Below are positions 36,044 to 46,600 of a DNA stretch of 64,000 nucleotides, piece after piece. The position numbers and the translations under genes were made by a program. The DNA lies in IMG/VR virus record IMGVR_UViG_3300021478_000001, positions 1 through 64,000 of that record, one strand, 5' to 3'. Source of the stretch: a virus. Every line of letters begins with the position of its first letter. The stretch's first letter is position 1. Under the pieces are notes generated by a model that saw only the letters and a program-made list of their open reading frames with translations, did no database searches and was not told where the DNA came from.

Positions 36044-37514
36044 TGCAGGTGCGGCGGTTCTAGCTCAACTCCGTGAGGAGTGGAAGAGAGAATGGTCGCG
36101 AGATTATGAAGTTATGCAATCGAAACACCGCGAATTTGAAGCGGTGATGCGTGCTGAGTTACTTATGATCAGACTTGAAGTTTCTAACTTGTTAGCACAA
36201 GTCAAGCACGGTGATCCTGGAGAGCCTGGAGAGCCTGGACGTAATGGCGCCGATGGAGATAAAGGCGACAAGGGCGATAAAGGTGATAAAGGTGATCGCG
36301 GTGAAAAAGGTGATAAGGGAGATCTTGGAGAACCGGGACGTAATGGAGATCCTGGATTGCAAGGCATTAAAGGTGAACAAGGTCTTCCTGGTTTGCCAGG
36401 AGTAACTGGACCTCAAGGTTTGAAAGGTGATTCTGGAGAACCTGGACGTAATGGTGAACCTGGAATGCGCGGTGAGCGTGGTGAAATTGGACAACAAGGT
36501 TTGATTGGACCTATTGGAGAGCGTGGTGAAAAAGGTGATTCTGGAGAGCCGGGACGTAATGGTGTTGATGGTTTGATTGGACCACGTGGTGAAAAAGGTG
36601 AATGTGGAGAACCTGGATCAATTGGAGAGCGTGGTGAAAAAGGTGATCCTGGAGAGCCAGGACGTAATGGCGCTGAAGGTTTGATTGGACCGCGTGGTGA
36701 GAAAGGCGAACCTGGATCAGTTGGATTGCGTGGTGAGAAAGGTGATATTGGAGAACCTGGACGCAATGGCGCTGATGGTTTGATTGGGCCATGCGGTGAA
36801 AAAGGTGATCAAGGGGACCGCGGTGAAAAAGGTGAGCCGGGAATACCTGGATTAAGCATTAAAGGTGATCAGGGAGAGCGCGGTGATAAAGGGGAACGTG
36901 GTGAAAGCGGCTCACGTGGTGAGAGGGGTGAAGTGGGCGATCCGGGGCGTAACGGCGCAATGGGAGAGCGTGGTCCCCAAGGTGAAAAAGGCGACCGTGG
37001 TGAAGCCGGTCCGCGCGGTACGATAGAAAGAATTGTTCCGTGGACAGATCGCATCTTTTATGAAGGTGATCTGGCAACTCATAGAGGTTCCAGCTGGCAA
37101 GCAGTTCGCGATACCGCAAAAGAACCTGATAGTACTGATGATTGGAGACTAATAGCGGCGGCTGGTCAGCCTGGAGTAACATTCAATATTCGTGGTACGT
37201 ATTCTGAGAAAGAAATTTATCGAGCTCTTGATGTAGTCACTTTGGATTATGGATGGTTTGTAGCCAAGAAAGATAATCCAGGTGTGATTCCTGGTCCTGG
37301 TTGGCAGTCTGGTCCTGTGGGCAAGCGTGGTGAAAAAGGTTTGCCTGGAGATAAAGGACCGCAAGGACCAGTAGGTAAGGCCGCGCCGCATTGGATAGGT
37401 GTTAAGATTGATGGTTATGACTTGATAACTGTTTTGAGCGATGGCACAATGGGTCCTAAAATTTCCTTAACTAAAATGTTTGATCAATTCATAGCGGAAC
37501 AGTTGAGGAAGTGA
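35949..37514 (+). CDS. collagen-like head-associated protein (charged GEKGD/GEPGRNG repeats)
   Basis: N-terminal coiled coil, long G-X-Y region, C-terminal [13 protein letters not shown] / YRALDVVT small beta repeats. Confidence 0.85.
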   Translation: MQEETALPESSLTDQDNLNGNNSEEFPDALLDAGAAVLAQLREEWKREWSRDYEVMQSKHREFEAVMRAELLMIRLEVSNLLAQVKHGDPGEPGEPGRNGADGDKGDKGDKGDKGDRGEKGDKGDLGEPGRNGDPGLQGIKGEQGLPGLPGVTGPQGLKGDSGEPGRNGEPGMRGERGEIGQQGLIGPIGERGEKGDSGEPGRNGVDGLIGPRGEKGECGEPGSIGERGEKGDPGEPGRNGAEGLIGPRGEKGEPGSVGLRGEKGDIGEPGRNGADGLIGPCGEKGDQGDRGEKGEPGIPGLSIKGDQGERGDKGERGESGSRGERGEVGDPGRNGAMGERGPQGEKGDRGEAGPRGTIERIVPWTDRIFYEGDLATHRGSSWQAVRDTAKEPDSTDDWRLIAAAGQPGVTFNIRGTYSEKEIYRALDVVTLDYGWFVAKKDNPGVIPGPGWQSGPVGKRGEKGLPGDKGPQGPVGKAAPHWIGVKIDGYDLITVLSDGTMGPKISLTKMFDQFIAEQLRK

Positions 37515-37517
37515 GCT

Positions 37518-38168
37518 ATGCAACAGATCCTCAATGTAATCACCAAGTCTGACACGTATGATTTAGTGACGCTTGCTGAAATGAAAATGAAAATGTTTAT
37601 TCCGACTACGGATACAAGCAAGGATGCTTTGTTGCAGGAATTGATTACCAACATTTCTGAAACGATTGCTAAGATGTGTAATCGTGTATTTGCTTATGAA
37701 AAGGTTGATGAAAGCTATTATCAGCTTAGTGATGATTGTTATACTCAACGTCTGTATTTGTCGCGTTGGCCTGTGGTTAAGACAGACATTGAAACTTTTA
37801 TGCAGAATCAGATTGATATTTCTAGTTGGTTAGCAGATGGTACTTGTGTGCTTGAAGAAGAAACAGGCACCATTTATCTATCATCAAGTAATGGACCATG
37901 GACTGGTCAAGTTGATGTAGTTTACAGCGGCGGCTATCAATTGCCGGATGGCGCACCAGGAACATTGAAGTTTGCTGTTGAAGCTGTTATTCGTGAAAGT
38001 TACATGTCGTGGATTAGAAATCCAGCATTGTTTGGAGTTCGTTTGTTAACTCATAAGCAAGCGCGCATAGGCTACTATGGTCCGAATATGTTTCCAGTAA
38101 TGGGACTTCCACAGACTTGGAAGACTGTTGAAAGCTTGATCTACAAATACATACGTCATTGGGTCTGA
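37518..38168 (+). CDS. head-tail connector/adaptor
   Basis: DLVTLAEMK..DALLQELI..S..I...CNRVF, LSRWPV, VVYSGGY. Confidence 0.75.
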   Translation: MQQILNVITKSDTYDLVTLAEMKMKMFIPTTDTSKDALLQELITNISETIAKMCNRVFAYEKVDESYYQLSDDCYTQRLYLSRWPVVKTDIETFMQNQIDISSWLADGTCVLEEETGTIYLSSSNGPWTGQVDVVYSGGYQLPDGAPGTLKFAVEAVIRESYMSWIRNPALFGVRLLTHKQARIGYYGPNMFPVMGLPQTWKTVESLIYKYIRHWV

Positions 38169-38178
38169 AAGGTGGACA

Positions 38179-39243
38179 ATGAAACAGGATCGTGATCTAG
38201 TCAAGCAATTGACTCAGCAACCTTCCAATCAGGTTTGGCGTGCCGCTACCGCAGTTGTTAAGGGGCATGTGCTAGGTTGCACCGCGGAACAAGCGGCAAG
38301 AGGCTTGTATCCTGATGATCCAGTCACACCATTGATCTTGCGCGCGGGCAGTACGCAAGCGACAACGACGGATCCAGCATGGGCTGGACCGCTGGCGCAA
38401 TATGCGGTGTCGCAAGCAATTGAAGATATTGTAGCGATGACTGTCGCTTATCGTTTGGAAATGGGCGGCGCATTGCGTATAGATTTAGGACGATTGGCAT
38501 CAGTGACAGTTCCTGGCCGTGCTGTATCACCGGCTGATGCTGGAACATGGGTTGGAGAAGGACAACCAATTCCAGTTCGGCAAATGAATATTTTTCCAGG
38601 AGCAAAATTAACGCCGACAAAGTTGGCAGTTATCGTGACTTTGACGCGAGAAATTACTGAAGCATCTAATATTGAAGATGTTTTGAAAAAGCTTTTGACA
38701 GAAGCTGCCGGAATAGCATTGGATACTGCGTTGTTTAGTACAGCGGCAGTGTCGGCAGTGAAACCGGCAGGACTACTATATGGTGTGACTCCACTAACTC
38801 CAATATCGAGCACTCTTGGTTTTGATGCTTGCGGCCAAGATATGGGTCTTCTTGTGCAAGACATTGCTACTCGTGGGGGAGGCCGCAATGCTTTCTTTAT
38901 CGCAGCTCCTAAACAAGCAACTTCAATACGGTTTTTTGCTGGTGGTCAATTTGGTGATGCACCAGGAAAAGATATTCTGCCTGTCGCTGCATCTGTTGGT
39001 CTGCCTGTTGGGACCGTGGTATGTTTGGAGCCAGAAAGTTTGGTGTTCACCATTGCTGATCCACAGTTTTCGATCTCTAGTGTGGCAGCCGTGCAACAAG
39101 AAGATACGACGCCGACGTCAGATCTTACAAATGCTACCAAGTCGATGTATCAGATTGATGCTTATGCTTTGAAGATGATTGTGTGGGCGAGTTGGGGTTT
39201 GCGTGCTCCACATGTTTCTTTTATGAGCACTGTAAACTGGTAA
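38179..39243 (+). CDS. second HK97-fold capsid protein paralogue
   Basis: WVGEGQPIPVRQ, LTPTKLAVIVTLTRE, IALDTALF, SMYQIDAYALK match the capsid domain of 31546..34152. Confidence 0.88.
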   Translation: MKQDRDLVKQLTQQPSNQVWRAATAVVKGHVLGCTAEQAARGLYPDDPVTPLILRAGSTQATTTDPAWAGPLAQYAVSQAIEDIVAMTVAYRLEMGGALRIDLGRLASVTVPGRAVSPADAGTWVGEGQPIPVRQMNIFPGAKLTPTKLAVIVTLTREITEASNIEDVLKKLLTEAAGIALDTALFSTAAVSAVKPAGLLYGVTPLTPISSTLGFDACGQDMGLLVQDIATRGGGRNAFFIAAPKQATSIRFFAGGQFGDAPGKDILPVAASVGLPVGTVVCLEPESLVFTIADPQFSISSVAAVQQEDTTPTSDLTNATKSMYQIDAYALKMIVWASWGLRAPHVSFMSTVNW

Positions 39244-39244
39244 A

Positions 39245-39616
39245 ATGTTTTTCATCCAAATAGATGCTAGTTCAGTCATCGAGCGGGTTGATGATATGAT
39301 TGGCAAATTGAAAGGATTTCCAAATTTTATGGCCGATGAGTTAACTCATTGGCAAGCTGAAGACATGCATCGGACTGTTGGATTGAATACTGCATTAAAA
39401 GAAAATGTGGCTGAAACAATTATTACTCAGCATACCCAACCAGGAGAAGCACATCTCGTGCGTACTTCACGGCGTAGGATACGCAGAGTGTCTTCTAGAC
39501 AGCTTTCAGCGCGACGTGGTTCAGCTAGTGAAAAACCGATTCTTCGGCAATCGCTTTTGGATTTGCTAGATCAGCGAATGCAAATGTTGTTGCAGGGTAA
39601 AATCACGTGGCGATAA
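39245..39616 (+). CDS. putative neck/tail-completion protein
   Basis: Position and basic C-terminal half. Confidence 0.5.
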   Translation: MFFIQIDASSVIERVDDMIGKLKGFPNFMADELTHWQAEDMHRTVGLNTALKENVAETIITQHTQPGEAHLVRTSRRRIRRVSSRQLSARRGSASEKPILRQSLLDLLDQRMQMLLQGKITWR

Positions 39617-39957
39617 ATTTTTCTACAGATTTGTATGGACCGTGCCAGGATACATTTGGTCGTCCTGTTACGTTTACGTCTACAAAAGGAAATTCCTTTA
39701 GCGGACCAGCGCGTGGCATTTATCGGAGTGATGAAATCAATATTGTTTTGGAAAATGGGTCTATAATTACTGATCAACAAACTATTTTGGATATTAAGAC
39801 TGATGAATTTTCTGTCTTGCCGGTGCAAGACGATACTATCAATATTCCTTTTGAACCTATATCAGGAGTGCCTGCGCTTGGTGATTTTCAAATCATTAAT
39901 CTATGGCACAATGGGGGTGGTGAGACTACTCTAGTGATACGGAAAATTGAACCGTGA
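39607..39957 (+). CDS. head-closure/head-tail joining protein
   Basis: TFGRPVTF, ARGIY, PVQDDTI, NGGGETTLVIR (lambda FII-like pattern). Confidence 0.65.
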   Translation: MAINFSTDLYGPCQDTFGRPVTFTSTKGNSFSGPARGIYRSDEINIVLENGSIITDQQTILDIKTDEFSVLPVQDDTINIPFEPISGVPALGDFQIINLWHNGGGETTLVIRKIEP

Positions 39958-40583
39958 TCACTGAACAGCAAAGCTTCGCTTATGATATTAGGGATGCATT
40001 CTTTAATGTAATTTCTGCAGATACGTTCTTTAATGGGTTCACGGCAAAAAAGAATAAGATGCTGCCGGTGCAACTGACACAGTTGCCCTATCTTGGTGTT
40101 TATCTGGTAGATGAAACTATGACGCCGGATGGTGATGACAATGCGGGCTGTGTCAGGTTTACTCATCTGGCGCGCATAGGATTTTCTGTGATTGTTGTAA
40201 ACAATGACCAGATTGCTGGTGAAAAATTAAGTGATCAAGCTTATTTGAAGATAGGTACGTTGTTGTTTACGAATTCTAAGATTTTCAACATGATACAGAG
40301 TAATAATCCTGAAGGTGTGCTTATAGAAGGTGTGGCGCGTGGCACGCGGCGGCACTTGTATGGCAATGCCGGTTTGAATAACGAAACACCGTTTATTGAA
40401 ATGCAATATGAAATCTATTGTAAGTTCCGCACAGAATGGTATCCGGATATCGTAGATACGCTTGATGAGATAGATGTTACTACTGGTATCAAGCAATCAG
40501 AAACCCAAGCTGACCGTGATCAACGTCAGCAAGTGAAAGTAGTTTACTCTGGACTCCAAACGAAAGGAAATGGTCATGGTTGA
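39954..40583 (+). CDS. putative tail terminator
   Basis: IRDAFF, LPYLGVYLVDE; position before the sheath. Confidence 0.55.
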   Translation: MITEQQSFAYDIRDAFFNVISADTFFNGFTAKKNKMLPVQLTQLPYLGVYLVDETMTPDGDDNAGCVRFTHLARIGFSVIVVNNDQIAGEKLSDQAYLKIGTLLFTNSKIFNMIQSNNPEGVLIEGVARGTRRHLYGNAGLNNETPFIEMQYEIYCKFRTEWYPDIVDTLDEIDVTTGIKQSETQADRDQRQQVKVVYSGLQTKGNGHG

Positions 40584-40926
40584 TGTTGCTATGAAACTGC
40601 AAACGCAAGGCGAAAGACTAAAGGAAAGGGTTGGTCGTATTCGGGTGCCAGCAAAACGTCCAGGCATTCGTGTTGAACCAGCTAATGAAGATCTTAGGAG
40701 GGTGCTGCGGCATATTCCTTCTGGTGTGCGTTTTAGATCAGAAGGCAGCATTGAATGGCCGGATGATACGTTCACCAGACGTCGCTTGAAAGATGGTTCA
40801 GTCAAGCTTGTGGAAAAACAAGATGAATCATGTCAACAGCTTGAACAAGCAACAGAACAGCAATCTGAACAAGCTGTAGAACAACAGCCTGAACCAAGAA
40901 CTCAAACTCGGCCACGTTCCCGATAA
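40570..40926 (+). CDS. DUF2635/Mu gp38-like protein
   Basis: WPDDTFTRRRLKDGSV directly before the sheath. Confidence 0.65.
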   Translation: MVMVDVAMKLQTQGERLKERVGRIRVPAKRPGIRVEPANEDLRRVLRHIPSGVRFRSEGSIEWPDDTFTRRRLKDGSVKLVEKQDESCQQLEQATEQQSEQAVEQQPEPRTQTRPRSR

Positions 40927-40956
40927 GTCTTCAATATCCAAATAAAGGAGGGCACC

Positions 40957-42549
40957 ATGCCCATTAGCTATGCAAATATTCCGGCGAATATCAAGGTGCC
41001 ACTCTACTATGTGGAGGTGGATCCTTCGATGGCTGGTCTGCCGAGCATTAATCTGCGTGCTTTGCTAATTGGCATTATGATTGCCGATGGTGTGGCCACT
41101 AAAGATATTCCGATTCCTATTGGTTCTCAGGCGCAAGCGGATCGAGCGTTTGGGCCTGGTAGTGAATTGAGCAGAATGTTTCAAGCTTACTACGCGAATA
41201 ATTTTGCGAATGAAGTCTGGGGTCTCCCGGTGGCTGAACCGGCAGCTTCAGCGGCAGCGACTGGTACTATCGTGGTGACGACAGCACCAACACAAGCGGG
41301 CACCATCCATTTGTATATCGCCGGTACTCATGTGCCTGTCAATGTTATGTCGACAGACACAGTGACTGACATTGCAGCTGCGATTGCCGATGCAATCAAT
41401 ACTCAATACACAAATCTTGGTACTCCGGCTCTACCTGTGACTGCGGTTGCTGCTACTGGTACAGTGACATTGACAGCATCATTCAAAGGCGTGAATGGCA
41501 ATGATATCACGGTCACTACCAACTATTATGGTACTCGTGGTTCTGAGATCACGCCTGTTGGTTTGGCCATGACTTTGCCGACGACAGGTTTGTTGACTGG
41601 TGGTACTGGCGTGCCGATATTTGACAATGCTATCAACAATATTCAAAAGACGCAATTCGAGTACGTCGCCATGCCGTATACTGACTCCAACAGTCTGTTT
41701 GCTTGGGATCAAGAATTCGGGTTTACAGATTCTGGGCGTTGGGGTTGGAACAGACAGATGTTTGGTCATGTGTTCAGTGCTAAGCGTGGCTTGTATGCCG
41801 ATCTGTTGCTGTATGGTGAAACGCTTAATAGTGCTGTGGAATCTATTATGGCGTTTGAAAATACAGCGTTATCCCCAATGTTTGAAGTGTCAGCGGCATA
41901 CGCTGCTAAAGCGCAGCGCGCATTGATCAATGATCCGGCACGGCCGTTGCAGTCGTTGGCGCTTAACAAGATTAAGGGATGCCCGCATCAGGATGATTTT
42001 AATTGGGCAGAACTGAATGCGATTGCATCCAGTGGCTTGGCTATCCAGGAGCGTGGCTCTGATAATCAACCTATGATCGCCAGAGAACAAACATCCTATC
42101 AAGTGAATCTCTATGGCCAGCCAGATGATGCTTATGAATTGGTGACTACGTTGGCCACACTCGCCAAACTGTTGCGTAATCAGAAAGCTGCGATCACATC
42201 CAAGTTCCCGCGCGCGAAACTCGCTGATGATGGTACCAGATTTGGACCCGGACAGGCAATAGTAACTCCTGGGATTATCAAGGCAGAGCTTGTCAATGAG
42301 TATCAGCTCGATTCCTGGAATGGGCTTGTGGAAAATCTGCGGGCGTTCAAAGCCAACTTGCTTGTTGAACGTGATCCAAACGATCCTAACAGGGTTAATG
42401 TTCTGTATCCGCCAGATCTTATCAACCAGCTTCGTGTCTTTGCAGTGCTGGCACAATTCAGACTGCAATACGACAGAGGCATTGATCTGGCCATTATAGG
42501 GCAGGCACCATCTCCGTTCCAAGCGTCATCTGGTGCACCAGCACAGTAA
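40957..42549 (+). CDS. tail sheath protein (Mu gpL-like)
   Basis: IPANIKVPLYYVEVD, FGPGSEL, DPARPLQ, KLADDGTRFGPGQAIVTP, PPDLINQLRVFA. Confidence 0.96.
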   Translation: MPISYANIPANIKVPLYYVEVDPSMAGLPSINLRALLIGIMIADGVATKDIPIPIGSQAQADRAFGPGSELSRMFQAYYANNFANEVWGLPVAEPAASAAATGTIVVTTAPTQAGTIHLYIAGTHVPVNVMSTDTVTDIAAAIADAINTQYTNLGTPALPVTAVAATGTVTLTASFKGVNGNDITVTTNYYGTRGSEITPVGLAMTLPTTGLLTGGTGVPIFDNAINNIQKTQFEYVAMPYTDSNSLFAWDQEFGFTDSGRWGWNRQMFGHVFSAKRGLYADLLLYGETLNSAVESIMAFENTALSPMFEVSAAYAAKAQRALINDPARPLQSLALNKIKGCPHQDDFNWAELNAIASSGLAIQERGSDNQPMIAREQTSYQVNLYGQPDDAYELVTTLATLAKLLRNQKAAITSKFPRAKLADDGTRFGPGQAIVTPGIIKAELVNEYQLDSWNGLVENLRAFKANLLVERDPNDPNRVNVLYPPDLINQLRVFAVLAQFRLQYDRGIDLAIIGQAPSPFQASSGAPAQ

Positions 42550-42591
42550 AACAAATTCTACATCAAGCAATAGGTGCTGCGCTTGGTGTAG

Positions 42592-42636
42592 GGGAGCGAG
42601 GCCGAGCATCGAAGGTACTCGCTCCCATTTATTTTC
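42592..42636 (+). terminator. terminator-like hairpin between sheath and tube
   Basis: GGGAGCGAG...CTCGCTCCC then ATTTTATTTT. Confidence 0.5.
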
Positions 42637-42661
42637 AACCTAGCAAAGAAGGAGAAATGTA

Positions 42662-43027
42662 ATGGCGCAACGGATCGCTGGCATTGCTTTCCTAAAAGTG
42701 GATGGCGTGCCGTTTGCATTGCGTGGGAATTTTACTGTGAGCCCGAGCAGTGTAGAGCGTACCATGATCGCCGGTCAAGATGGCGTGCATGGTTATCAAG
42801 AGCTACCAAGAGTTCCCTATATTGAAGGGGATCTTTCTACTGTTCCTGGTCTTTTGCTTGAAGATCTTGAAGCGGAGACAGATGTCACAGTAGTCGCGCA
42901 ACTTGCCAATGGCATGCAATACACTCTCACGGGTGGAACATGCAAAGGTGGGTTTGAAAACAACACTAGAGATGGCCAAGTCCGTGTTAGATGGGAAGGC
43001 TTGGCGTGTCAGGAGATTACGCTTTGA
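42662..43027 (+). CDS. tail tube protein (Mu gpM-like)
   Basis: RIAGIAFLKVDG, GQDGVHGYQE.P..PYIE, LANG. Confidence 0.92.
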   Translation: MAQRIAGIAFLKVDGVPFALRGNFTVSPSSVERTMIAGQDGVHGYQELPRVPYIEGDLSTVPGLLLEDLEAETDVTVVAQLANGMQYTLTGGTCKGGFENNTRDGQVRVRWEGLACQEITL

Positions 43028-43464
43028 ACCAGCCAGCAGAAAATATCAAACCTATTCGCGAAGGCTTCGTCGATCCAGACAAGGATAGGGTCGCGGCGCG
43101 TGCAGCGCCGCCTCCACATATGGAAGATCCGCCTCCTCAAGATGGTGGCTTAGATTCTTCAAAGGAAGTGTGGCCAGTAGTTGTTAAGCTTATTCATAAA
43201 AGCATAACAACTCCTGAAGGTGAGATTATGGATCGGTTGAGTTTTCGGCAACCTCGTGGTGGTGACATTAATCGTTATGGTAATCCTTGTCGGGTGAACC
43301 AAGAAGGTGATGTTATCATTGATGAACGCAAGATGCATTACATTATGTCAGCACTGTGTGGAGTGCTGCCACCTGTATTGGAGTCAATGGATCCACGAGA
43401 TTGGAATTCTTGTGCTTATCGGTTACGAGATTTTTTTCTCCCCGATCTGCGGGCTTGGCTGTAG
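43024..43464 (+). CDS. tail assembly chaperone
   Basis: AGGAG RBS, TTG start; LSFRQPRGGDI, MDPRDW..C...L.DFF. Confidence 0.8.
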   Translation: MNQPAENIKPIREGFVDPDKDRVAARAAPPPHMEDPPPQDGGLDSSKEVWPVVVKLIHKSITTPEGEIMDRLSFRQPRGGDINRYGNPCRVNQEGDVIIDERKMHYIMSALCGVLPPVLESMDPRDWNSCAYRLRDFFLPDLRAWL

Positions 43465-43622
43465 CAGCAGACGCAGAGGAATTAATTCTGGACTGCTACA
43501 GGTTAGCTCAATATTATCATCAGCATCCTAATATCTTTCTGGAAATGACATTAGAGGAGGTCAAGCTACATGGTTATCGTACGGCGCAATTGATAGAGCG
43601 GCGAAGGGCGCAGGAAGAATAA
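43431..43622 (+). CDS. tail assembly chaperone -1 frameshift extension (G-T type)
   Basis: GAT TTT TTT CTC slippery heptamer at 43431-43437; the -1 frame stays open to 43622, abutting the tape measure ATG. Confidence 0.7.
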   Translation, partial: FFSPRSAGLAVAADAEELILDCYRLAQYYHQHPNIFLEMTLEEVKLHGYRTAQLIERRRAQEE

Positions 43623-46600
43623 TGGCTGACCAATATGAAGAACTAAGACTGCAAGTAAACTTGCAGGACAATGCGTCTACCGGACTAGTTGCGCTTAAGA
43701 AACAATTGGACGAATTAAGCAGGTCTGGGATAGCTGAAAGATTTAGAGATCAAGCTTCTATTTTTGAACGAAGCATGAAAGCTTTAGGAGTAGAAGCAAC
43801 AGGTGCAGCCAAGTCTCTAAAAGAATTAGCTGGCCAATACAGCGGCTTGCTAGGTGGAGCGGTAGCTGTTGGATTTGCCAGCTACAAGATACAAGAAAAT
43901 TTCCGTAACCTGACAGGGGAAATAAATGAAACGCGGATAGCGGCTGAAGAACTTGGAATTGCTTATTCTGAATTGCATCATATTAATGAGGAATTGAGTA
44001 AGTCCGGTTATTCTGTTGCTGAGTCTACAAAGCTTGCAGCGCAAGTTGAAAATGCTATGTATGAAGCACGTAAACATCGTGTTTCACAGATGTTTCAGGA
44101 CCTGATTACTATGACTGCGCGTCCTGATATTATGTTGACTTTTCGCAAGGAGTTGGCGGAGAGTAAAGACACCGCAGATGGTATTGCAGCTTTTCTAAGA
44201 ATGAATAAGGCAGCTTCTGATTCAATTGCTAAGAATAATGTGGATGCTGATAAGCACCGTATCGCAACTGATAGTGCCCGTGCTAGGGAACGTCTAAACC
44301 AAGCGGCAGGCGTTACCATTGATCTTAATCGTGTAAGAGATATTGGAAAAGAAACTGAGGAAGAAAAAGCACGAAATGAAGCGTTAGCCGCTAGTGTTAA
44401 GACATTGAATGAACAATGGGCCGCTACTGAAGTTAATTTGACTCGGATAAGAGATGTGATTCTTTTGCCCATTATTAGTGAAGGTAGTGTATTCTCTAAT
44501 TTTGTTAAAGGAGGCGCTAAGACTACTGATGAAATAGCTACTAAGATGGAAGCTTGGCAAGCAGGATTGAAAGGCAGCTTCTGGGATTTTTTCAAAATAC
44601 CTCCTGGAATTCAAGCTCTTGTTGATAGATTATTAGGAATATCAAATAAAGGAATGGGTGGTGGACCTCAAGGTGGTGCTCCATTTGGAAAAGGTGGTCC
44701 ACCATTTGGAAAGGAGGGGTTTAAATCTCCTCCTACTAGTCCAGTACAAACTCATGATATGCTTGGACCAGTTACTAAAGGACCGGAACTTGTAGCGCCT
44801 CCACTAAAATCAGATTTAGGAAATGATATAGGCATCAATGCTCCCATTTTAAATCAAAAGAATCAAAATAGAAAATGGGGACCAATGGATTTGATGCCTG
44901 GTTCCGATATGTTGCGTTTTAGCGGAGGTGGCGGTGATCAGCTTGGTTATCCTTGGAATCAGATGCGTAAGTCAACAAATATTGAAGATCGCCGCGCTGA
45001 AGGCGAAGAATTTATGAAGCGCCGTGAGGAAAATACCAAACTGCTTATTCAAGTAAATGACAGACTGTTTGCTTTGTTGCAGCCACAAGGGGATACACAA
45101 TCTCCAGCATTTCGCGGGCTTGGTGGCTTGCCAGGACTTGGTGGACGCGCCGGACCCGGTTATGGTAGAGGGCCAAGTGCTGCGCCAAGTGCTGCGCCAA
45201 GTGCTGCGCCAAGTGCTGCGCCAAGTGTAGGTCCAAGCGGAACGCGTGATAGGGGGACTGGACCTAACGTTACTGCTCCGTTAGGTCCGCCTCCGGCAGG
45301 AGGACCATTAACTCCGGAGGGAATGGCTCTTCTTGATACCATTGCAACACGGGAGGCTGAACCAGCCTTCAAGGACAACAAACGAGCTGGATGGGATGTG
45401 GGTGTTGGTGGTAAGTCATTAGATGTCAGTAATCCTCCTGTTAATAAACCAGGAGCAACATATTCATATCACGGAGAAACTATAGATATTGGTGGCGTTG
45501 AGATGCATCCTCACCACCAGTATCCAGGTTGGGGTGGTTTTCGAGGAGGGGCTGGTACATCTTTTGCATTTGGCCGTTATCAAGAAACGGTCCTAACTTA
45601 TTATGAGAATGTCAGGAGAAGTCAGAAGCTGCATCCTGGAATGAAGGTCGATGGTTGGTCACCAGAGGCACAGAACATTCGTAACTGGGATAAAGCTCAA
45701 GAGGTTTATCGCCGTAATTATTCGAAGACAGGAGTCCAAGATCTCACTGGTGACTTGCAAAAAGATCTAGAAGCCAATAAGGGTAATCCAGAAGCTATTG
45801 GACGAATGTCTGGTGCATTGAGTGGTGAGTGGACTTCTGCTCCTGGTGGTCGTGAAGGATCAAAGGTTACTGGTGGCAAAGTTCAGTATTATGGCGCTAC
45901 ATTTCAGAAGATGTTGGAAGCACAGACTAAAGTTCCTGCAACAGCAAAAGGAGCTCCTGGTGGTGGTCTTGGCCAGCTTGGAAGAGCTGCGGCCTCGCCC
46001 TCGCCAGTTGGTGATGCAACTCTTCAAGAAAATGTTAAGTTTCTTGAAGAAAGAGGTGGTCATAGTGAGATTAATAGGAAGAGTGGACCAATTGGTGCAA
46101 CCGGACAAATAAATCCTGAATTTATTGCTCGTATGGTTGCTGCCGGTAAAGATTATGAGAAGGAAACTGGCAAGAAAGCAGTGTTTGGTGAGTTTGATCG
46201 TGACTATGCCACTCAGCAGTATTATAGGTCTGAATATTTAAGAACTCATCAAGGACTAGCTGCTCCTGCTGGAACATCTAGGCATGAACATGCTGAGAGG
46301 GGAGCTGGAGATTTACCTACAAGTGATTTTCGTACTTGGATGGAGGCCAATCGAGAAAAATATGGGATTGAAGGTTTGCCTGGACATGCTGGAGTTGTGG
46401 ATCGCCCACATCAGCAGATGTCCAGGATCTATAAAGGACCATCATTTTATCATCCAACAGCAGCGACTGCGAAATCTCCTGCTGATCAAGCACCAACTAC
46501 AGCGCCGTCCACCAATCGTGGGGTGGCTATTTTACCGCAAGGCATTGAAGCGCGTTATGGTGGTCATGATCCCAAGGAAGTGGCACAGAGTCTTCGTGAT

